NCBI GenBank assembly: GCA_004431415.1 | Contig: QPMI01000409.1 | Location: 62,001 to 126,000 of the forward strand | Origin: Cyanophora paradoxa CCMP329 | Taxonomy: Eukaryota > Plantae > Glaucophyta | Length of the DNA stretch: 64,000 bases | Direction of reading: 5' to 3' | Part shown: positions 55,567 to 64,000 of the stretch, one piece after another | Layout of the letters: every line of letters starts with the position of its first letter | Position numbering within the stretch: position 1 is the stretch's first letter | The notes under the pieces: model-generated | Database searches by the model: none | Told to the model about the DNA's origin: nothing | Seen by the model: the letters and a program-made list of their open reading frames with translations, nothing else | Program-made: the position numbers and the translations under genes

Positions 55567-58500
55567 ATGGCGGACGATGCCGAGCGAGCGGAGCTCTACC
55601 AGATCCTGGTACGCGAGCGCCCATGCTAATTTAACGTCTAGCTGCGGAGGAAGCACCGCACGGCAGACGCGACGCTGAGCCGGCGCTCCGAACAGCGCCC
55701 ACCTTAGCTATGGGCCGACACGCGTCCTCTCGGGCCCCTTAAGCGCTCACACTCTGTCAAACGCAGCTGGAGGCGAATGGAATCGCCCCCGGCACGGAGC
55801 AGCGAGTGGCCAAGCTAGAGATGTTCCTGTACAACTGCCGAGGGCGCATGCCGCAGCTCGCAGCGTTTAAGAACCTCACTGAGATCTCGCTGATCATGCA
55901 AGAGCTGCCATCTATGCGGGGCCTGGAGACGTGCGTCAACCTGGAGACGCTCTGGCTAAGCGAGAACGAGATCCCGCGCATCGAGGGCCTGGAGAACTGC
56001 CTCAGGCTGAAGCGGTTGTACCTGTGCGCCGCACAAGTGACGTGCATGCCTTCTCGCATGCGCATGTTCTGATTCCCCGTGCCGCAGGAACTCGAATCGC
56101 ATCAGCAAGATAGAGAACTTGGATCACCTCGTGGATCTGGAGGTCCTGTGGCTTTCGGACAACCGTGAGAAGTGCCCTGCACAATTGCTGATGCTCGTTT
56201 GCTCAAGGGCTTCCCGATGCAGGCATCAAAGAGCTCCAGAACCTGACTTCCTTGCCGAAGCTGAAGTCCTTGTGGATTGCGAGGAACCAGATCGAGCACA
56301 TAGGGGACACCCTCGACCGCAACACGGAGCTCGAGGCGCACACGCCGCAATCCCAGGGGCTGAGGTGCCCGGGTGGACTGAGCTGCCGCGCAGGACCTGA
56401 ACATGGCGGACAACCTGGTGGGGTGCTTCAAGGAGGTGCCGAACCTGTGCAGGCTCCCCCAGCTGCGCTCCCTCGTCTTCAGCGACCCGCACTGGGGCGA
56501 GAACCCCGTGTGCGCCCTCTGCAACTACCACACCTACGTCCTCTACCACCTCGGCCAGCTCACCTCGCTCGACACGCTGCTCCTCACCGACGAGGCCAAG
56601 CACCTCGCGGAGGCCACGTACATGAAGAAGAAGATGTCCGCCATCGCCCCCCGGCCCCGCCCCGCCCTCTGCGGCCGCTCAGCGCCGCGCGCAGGTACTA
56701 CAACATGCGGATCAAGACGCTCAAGCGGAACACGACGAACATCGTGAAGCGGGCGTTCGACAGCCGGACGGGGAAGATCGCGCAGATCAACACCTGCGTC
56801 TCCGCGCTGATCAGGCAGCGGCGGGACATCGAGCGCGAGCTGGAGGAGCTGAAGACGTTCGGAACGCCGCTGGAGGGCGCGAGGGGCGCCGACGACGCGG
56901 TGTACGCCGGGCGGCTGCGGGAGCGGGTCGCCGAGATCGACAGGGTCATCGGGGCGCGCACCGTGGACATCCAGGGCGTGGACAGGACCTTCCAGGAGTT
57001 CCGGGAGGGTCGGCCGCCCCCGCCGCTCCGCTCACGCCCGCGGCCCGGGCTCACTCCCCGCAGCGACCTTCCACATGTCCGAGGTGAACATCTCGCGGCT
57101 GGTGATCGAGCTGGAGACGGGGGGGAACATCCGGCTGGAGGACGGGAAGCCGGAGGACGTGTGGTACTCCTCCTGCATCGACCTCATCAACTCGCGCTTC
57201 TTCAGCCACGAGTTCGCCGGCTTCAACGTGGCGGACATCAAGGTGCTGCGGGTGACGAGGATCCACAACCGCTTCCTCCGCAACCGCTTCGAGCAGCGCA
57301 TGGAGCAGATGGTGGACACGAGCGACCCCTCCTACAAGCGGAACCTGGAGTACCTCTTCTACGGGCAGCACCCGCAGCTCCCGGACCAGCTGCAGCAGAT
57401 CGCCGAGGACGGCTTCCCCTCCGCCAAGGAGTTCCTCGCCATGGGCTCCCAGGAGGCCGTGCCCCTCTCCAACTCGGTCTCCACCTGCGACCTGCCGCGC
57501 ATCAAGGCGGCCCTCAGCAAGCAGTCGGCCCTCCCCAGCGACCGCGCCGTCATCCCCCCCGGCATGCTCCTTATCACCAAGGTCTTCCTGGGGCGGAGCA
57601 GCCAGGAGCAGCCGACGGGCAAGGGCGCCATCTCCCAGGAGCTGTACCCCGAGCAGAACTCGGTGTACCGGACCAAGCCCGGCGACGGCAAGCAGCGCTC
57701 CTGGTTCATCTTCGACCACGCCCTCGTGCGCCGTGCCCCCGCCCTCCCCGCGCCCCTCCCCCGTTCCGAGCCCCGCCGCAGGTGCTGCCCGAGTACCTGG
57801 TGGCGTTCGAGTACAAGCCGAAGACCGCGGTGCGGGCAGGCGGGGGTCGGGGCCGCCCCGCTCCGCTCGTCGCCGCTCAACGTGCGCCGGCAGACGCTGC
57901 CGGAGCCGCCGGCGTCGGTGCTGAGCGACTGGTCGTACATGGGCCTCAGCCCGCCGCAGAGCGAGACGGAGGCGATGGACATCGCCGCCATGACCCGGCC
58001 CCTCACCTCCTACATCTTCAGGATACAGAAGGTGCTGCGCCCGCCCCGGGAGGCCCCTCCCGCGCGCCCTCTGCGCGGGCGGGGCCGACGGGCGCCGGGC
58101 AGTCGATGCAGGCGGACGCGGAGTGCGGCGACCCGGCGGTGAAGGAGCTGCTCGCGAAGCCGCTGCCGGAGACGGTGCGCCCCAAGGTCTTCCTCATCAC
58201 CGACGAGCTCGTCCAGAAGAGCGCCCGCGAGTCGCGCCTCTCCGCCATCACGCACCTCGACCTGCACGGGAACAGCATCCGCCGGATCGAGAACCTGGCC
58301 GCCTGCACCGCCCTCAGGACCCTCATCCTCAGCTTCAACGAGATCCAGAAGATCGAGGGCATCTCCGAGCTCGTCCAGGCGTGCCCCCGTGCCCCCGCGC
58401 CGCTGCGCCCGCCGCCATCCCCTCCCGGCTCACGCGCCCCGCCCGGCAGCTGACGCGGCTGGACCTGAGCTTCAACGCGGTGCGGCGGGTGGAGGGCCTG

Positions 58501-61443
58501 AAGACGCTCACGCAGCTGCAGTCCCTCAACCTGCGCAACAACAACCTCTACCGCATCGAGGACATCAACCTCCTCCGCAAGCGCGCCCGATGCGATGCGA
58601 TGCGATGCGATGCGATGCCGCCCAGGCCTCACTCACGGTGGGTCGGGGGCGGCAGGCACGTGTCGCAGCTGACGGAGCTGAACCTGCTCTACAACCCGGT
58701 GTGCGACGTGAAGAGCTACCGGAGCCTCGTGCTGCGGCGCCTGCCCCTCCTCCTCTCCTTCGACGAGACGACCATCACCGACCAGGACCGCGTGCGCCCC
58801 CGCGCCCGGCCGGCCCCGCCGCACCTCGAGTCGCCGCGCGGTTGCCGAGGGCGCGCGCGCGCGGCGCAGGCGGCGGCGGAGGAGAACTACGCCTCGCTGG
58901 TCGTGAGCATGATCCGCGAGCACGGCATCAACCGCCGCCGCCAGGCGCGCCAGACAAGCAGCGGCCCGCGCGAACGCAGCTGACCTGTCCCGCCGGGCAG
59001 GACTGGGGCCTGCGGATCAAGTCGGAGGGCCCGGCGCCGGCGGGCGGCGCGGAGCAGGCGGACGAGGCGTGGATCGCCCACGTCGAGGAGCTCGAGCTCG
59101 ACCACAAGCGCATCCGCCGCATCCAGGTGCGCGGCGGCGTGCAACCCTGCGCCCAAAGCTAGCCGAGAAGAGTGGAGATCAACGGGGCCCCCGCCTCGCC
59201 CGCGCGCGCCTGCGGCGGGGCCGGACGCGCGGCCTGAGTGCTTCGGGGCGGGCGCGGGGGCAGAACCTGGAAAAGTGCTCGAACCTGCGGCGGCTCTCGC
59301 TGAACGACAACGAGGTGTCGCACATCGAGGGCCTCGAGCGGTGCCTGCTCCTCGAGGAGCTCTCCCTCGAGGAGAACCGGATCGGGCGGGTCGAGGGCCT
59401 GCACGCCTGCCTCTACCTCAAGAAGCTCGACCTCGGCAAGAACCGCATCGCCAAGGTGGAGGGGGCGGGGTCGGGGGAGGCGCCCTGGGGCCGCGCCGGG
59501 CGGCAGCTCACGCCGCCTCCGCGCGGCAGGTGGAGGGCCTGGAGCACCTGGCGCACCTCGCGCAGCTCTCGCTGGAGGACAACGAGATCTCGAGCCTGCA
59601 CGGCCTCCACCGCCTCACCTCCCTCATGGAGCTCTGTGCGCGCAGCGCGCCCATCGAGCCTCCTCGGACGGGGCGCCTCCTGGACGCGCCCCTCACGACG
59701 GGGGGCGGGGCGCAGACATCGGGAACAACCGGATCGCGGACCTGAAGGAGGTGCAGCAGCTGAAGGACCTCCCGAAGCTCATCATCGCCGACTTCTCGGG
59801 GAACCCCGTCTGCGACGACTCCGAGTACCGCGGCTACGTCATCTACCACCTCAGGAAGCTCAAGGTCCCTCCCGGCCCACAGCTCACAGCTCTCGTCGCC
59901 TGCTCACGGCGCGCTTCCTTCGCCCCCCTCGCCAGGTGCTGGACGGGGTGGGGATCGAGGCCGGGGAACAGTCGGCGGCGCGGGAGAAGTACAGCGGGAA
60001 GCTCACCCCCGAGCTCCTCGTCGAGCGCGTCGGCCACAAGTTCTTCGAGCGTGCGCCGCGCTGCGCCCCCGAGGCCCCGAGCGTCGCGTCGCTCCGCTCC
60101 GCTCGCCCCTCACGCGTGCCCTCCCTCGCGCAGACGTGCGGGAGCTGGACCTCTCGGGGTGCCGCATCAAGGAGATCGCGGGGTGCATCGCCCCCGACGA
60201 GTTCTGCAACCTGCGCGAGCTCAACCTCGACAACAACTTCGTGACGGACGTGGCGCCCCTGGCGCGCCTCCCCTGCCTCGCCGTCCTCAAGCTCAACCAC
60301 AACCGGGTGGACACGGCGGGCGGGGAGTGCAGCTGCGCCGGCCTGGGCGCCCTCGTCCAGATCGAGGCCCTCCAGCTCGGCCACAACCTCATCTCCAGCA
60401 TCGCCGCCCTCGGCATCGGCACCCTCACCTCCCTCCGCTCCCTCTCCCTGCCGGGCAACGAGATCACGCGCGTCGAGGGCCTCGGCCCCCTCGTGCAGCT
60501 CCAGGAGCTCGTCCTCGACAAGAACAAGATCAAGTACCTCGACGCCTCCTCCCTCGCCACCCTCGCCTCCCTCCGCGAGCTCCGCATCGAGCGCGCACCG
60601 CCCCCCTTCCGGCGCCCCCTCCTCTCGAGCTTACTTTCGGGCGCGCCCTCCGGCAGGGAGAACGGGCTGAAGTCGCTGGTGAACATCGGGCCGCTGCCCC
60701 GTCTCCAGTCCCTCCACCTCGGCGCCAACCGCATCTCCGACCTTCAGGACGTGGACGTGCGCGCGCCCCCTCCCCTGCTCGGAAACGCGAGGGCCGCGCC
60801 GAGCGGGGCACGGTGCGCGCGCGCCGCAGAGGCTGGCGTCGCTGCCGAGCCTGTTCGAGCTGAGCTTGGCGAACAACGCGTGCGGGCGGAAGAACCTGTA
60901 CCGTGCGACGCTGATCAAGAAGCTGCCGACGCTCAAGATCCTCGACGGCAAGGAGGTCCTCCCCGAGGAGCGGGACCGCACCGAGGCGCGCCTTCCTTGC
61001 TTGCGCTTCCTCTGCACCCCTGCACCCCCCGCCTGACGCCTCCCCCAGATGCTGTTCGCGTCGGACCCGCGGTTCGCGCTGGCGCAGAACAGCTCGCCGG
61101 ACCCGCGGCCGCCCGCCTACGCGTACAACACGGCGGTCAAGCTCCCCATCGCAGTCAAGGCGATGAAGTGCGGCCCCCGGAACGCGGGCGCGGGGCGCGG
61201 GCGGCTGATGGGCGCGCCTCCCCCCGCAGCTTCGACGCGATGCACCTCGGGGCGGGGACGCCGGGCGCCGGCTCCTTCCAGATCCTCTGGGCCCCCGACG
61301 GCAACGCCGGCGGCGGGTCGGCGGCCGTCTGGACGCAGGGCGTGGGCGCGCAGGCGCAGGCGCAGGGGCGCGGGCGGCCCGTCTCGTCTGAGATGAGCAG
61401 CAAGGCGCGGTCCAGGGCAGTCATCAAGTCGGGCAGGTCGTAG
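55567..61443 (+). CDS. LRRC9: LRRC9-like leucine-rich-repeat protein with internal PARP-like segment, about 23 exons
   Basis: SDS22-type LRRs; AEATYMKKKMYYNMRIKTL, LIELETGGNIRLEDG, RIHNRFLRNRFE, YLFYG and ALVLPEYLVAFEY are characteristic of LRRC9. Confidence 0.88.
58588..58619 (+). repeat. (CGATG)n microsatellite in an LRRC9 intron
   Basis: About six tandem cgatg units. Confidence 0.9.
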
Positions 61444-61593
61444 CACACTAGCGGCGCAGGACAGGGGCGGTAGCCTAACCCGGGCCAGGAGTAGGCGCGC
61501 TTAGCCGAGATTCGAACCGTGTACACTAGCACTGAGAACGAGCAGGAGACCGACGTCGACACACAAACAAGCAAGGGGTCGAGGGACTCGGGC

Positions 61594-64000
61594 TCAGCCG
61601 CCGGGCGGGGGCTGGCCGTGGCTGTGGTGGGAGGCGTCGGCGGCAGCGGAGAGGCCGTCGTCTCCGGATCCCGAGGGCCGCCGCGGGCCCGAGGCGGCGG
61701 GGCGCGCTGCCGCGAGGGCCTTCTGGATGGCCCCCGCGCTCCTCTTGTAGTCTGCGTGCCCCGCGCGCACAGCGTCAGGGGCCGCGCTGCGGGAGCGGGA
61801 GCTCGCGGCGGGGCCAAGCGCACCGTCGCGGAGGCGGACGAGGGCGGCGACCTCTGCGGCGGGCAGGCGGGCGAGGGGCCCCTCCGACACCACGGGGCCC
61901 AGCACCTGCCCCGCCCCTCGCACCAGGGCGGGGGAGGGCAGGTGCGCAGGGGGTGGGTACCTCGGGGGGTACGAGGTAGAGGTTGGCGGCGGCGGGGAGG
62001 GGCTCTAAGAGGGCGTCCACGGCGGGCAGGCGGAGGGCCCGCCCCCAGCTCGCGTACTCCGTCATGTCCCTGCCAGGGCGTGAGAAGAGGCGGGGTACAG
62101 GGGAGCTGGGGCGAGGGGTACCGGAGGAGCTGGAGGCCGCCGGCGGTGGAGAAGGTGAAGCGCTTGATGTGCGCGATGATGAGCCTGTGGGGCGGTCGGC
62201 ATTCGAAAAGGTGCACCCCGACTGGCCGGGAGGGCAGGCACCTCTGCAGGCGGGATGCGAGCTGCGCAAGGAGAGCGGGATGAGGTGAAGCGAGGGAAGG
62301 GCGGGGGCGGGGGCACCTCGGTGAGGAAGGAGGCGCGGTTGTCCCCGTCGAGGTTGGCGGACACGAGCCGCGCCTGCAGGAGAGGAGGGTGAGGGGAGAG
62401 GGCCGGGACTGCGTGCGGAACAGATCCGGAGAAGGGGGCCGCGCCTGCTGCGCGAGGACCTCGACGGCGCGCCCGCAGGCCGGGGTCGGCTCGTTGTTGG
62501 AGAAGGCGGCGTCGGGCCCCGCGCCGCCCTTCTCGCCCTCCTCCCGCGGCCTGAAGTCCCGCGGCCGCTGCTCGTTCTGCAGGATCGAGCGCACGTGCGC
62601 CAGCACGCCTGCCCCGCGAGCGAGCGAGGGCGCCGCCTAAGCGAAAAGAGACTGCGCGAGAGGCGGGGAGGCGGGGCACCCTCAAGGGCGCGCTCGAGGG
62701 CGGCGAGGACGAGGTTCTCGGCGGTGGCGACGAGGGCGCGCCGGTCCGCCACGCAGCTGCGCGGGCGGGGCCCCCGGGGCTCAGCGCGGGAGGCCGCGGA
62801 AAGGCGCGGGGCGGGCGGGCCTGGTGTGCCAGGAGACGAAGCCGGCGACCTGCGGCTGGACGGCCGCCACGAAGTGCCGCAGCGCCGCGATCAGCGCCGC
62901 CCCGCTCCCCCGCGCCGACCGGTACACCTGTGGCCCGCCCCGCGCCCCGCCTCAGACGAGGGGCCCCGCCCGACGCCTCCTCGAGCCAAGCGCCGCCCCC
63001 GCCCACCTCGAGGTAGGCGTCGGCCTTGCCGCGGGACGCCTCGCCCCGCTCCACCACCCTGGAAGCGGATGAGGGATGAGGGAGGGGCAGGGAGGAGCGG
63101 GTGAGGGGCGCGGCGCGGCGCACGCGCTCATGGCGGCGGAGAGGTAGGCCCCGACCGCCTCGGTCAGCGCCCGGTACGCCATGTGGCTGTGCCGCGCCCT
63201 GCCGGCCGAGAGAGAGTCGGGGAGGGGTGCGGGGGGACGAGGGGGCGGGGGGACGCGCTGGGGCGCACAGGGCGGCCTCGTCGGCGAGGGCGCGGCAGCG
63301 GGCGAGGGCCCCGCGGCTCGTCTCCACCAGCGCCTCCACCAGCTCCGGCGAGACGAGGGGCCCCGAGGCCGCCCCCGAGGCCGCCAGCGCCTCGGGCCCC
63401 GCCTCCTTGCTCTTCTTCTTTTTCTTGCGCCCGCCCGGGGGCGCCTCGCCCTGCGCGCCTCCTCTGCTCGGCCCGCGCCTTCCTTCCTCTGCTCGGGGGC
63501 CCGGGGGGTACGCACGCGGGCCTGGAGGAAGGCGGCGACGCGGGCGGCGTGCGAGGCGCGCAGGTGCGCCTCCTCCTCCTCAAAGTACCTGCCCGAGCCT
63601 CAGGCCCGCGCCCCGCCCAGGGCCCCCGCCCCGCGCGGCGCACGCCGCCCGCCGCGCCGCGAAGAGGCCCCCCGCGAGGGCCACCAGGGGCCCCGCGGGG
63701 CAGCCGGCCGCCCCGGACAGCTGCACGCAGGGCCTGAGGAGGAGAATGGAGGGGAGGGGAGAGGGGAGGGGAGCTGGGCGGGCGGGCGGGCCTGCTTCGC
63801 GAGGTCGAGGGTGCGGGAGTAGGCGGCGGAGAGCACCTCGAGGCGCCCCAGCCCCAAGTCCCCCGCCTCCGCCCTCCCCGCCCCTTTCCCCGCTCCCCGC
63901 TCCTGCCGGGCAGCCACGCTGAGGTCGCGCGACAGGAAAGAAGGCGGGGCGGCGTGCCCCCCGCCTGGGCTTCTCGGGGGTCTCCGCGGGGCCCTCGGCG
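61594..64000 (-). CDS. SEC10: Exocyst subunit SEC10/EXOC5; 3' part, continues beyond the window
   Basis: VRSILQNEQRPRDFRP, PTPACGRAV, NLDGDNRASFLTE, HIKRFTFSTAGGLQLLRDMTEY, ANLYLVPPE, VRLRDDYK. Confidence 0.85.

Noticed and set aside
61470-61530. GGTTCGAATC (tRNA T-loop/B-box-like) on the minus strand
   Set aside because: Flanks do not form a T-stem or cloverleaf.
40804-64000. Functional clustering (PI31 near PSMB5; VPS53 near SEC10; several ciliary genes)
   Set aside because: The genes are non-adjacent, interspersed with unrelated genes and belong to large functional classes; chance cannot be excluded without synteny data.

Overview
Gene-dense, GC-rich eukaryotic nuclear DNA with many short introns (mostly 45-130 nt). 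It comes from a flagellated photosynthetic protist. A glaucophyte such as Cyanophora is a plausible source, inferred from an MAAF-type transit peptide plus flagellar genes; this is not verified. I can assemble 22 protein-coding genes by splicing by eye: CFAP53-like (partial), RBBP5, a cNMP-binding protein, TAF2, a Tim17/22-family protein, GME, eIF1A, BRF1, AK-HSDH, UPL3/TRIP12 HECT ligase, a DUF2358 protein, PHB2, MOCS1A/CNX2, RRP12, PI31, a GNAT acetyltransferase, DNALI1, PSMB5, an atypical MAPK, VPS53, LRRC9 and SEC10 (partial). Most long ORFs in the supplied track are antisense or GC-driven shadows of these genes. No RNA gene or autonomous transposon was found. The unusual signals are architectural: (1) a high share of GC-AG introns (6 of 22 in LRRC9) and a G[T/C]GCGC donor consensus instead of GTRAGT; (2) intergenic islands built from short palindromes, micro-duplications and fold-backs, including a perfect 131-bp hairpin, a MITE-like element and an interstitial TTAGGG insert; (3) two compositional classes of gene body (roughly 50% vs 75% GC); (4) a MAPK with SAH in place of TxY; (5) an intronless PSMB5. 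Exon boundaries and composition values are manual estimates.
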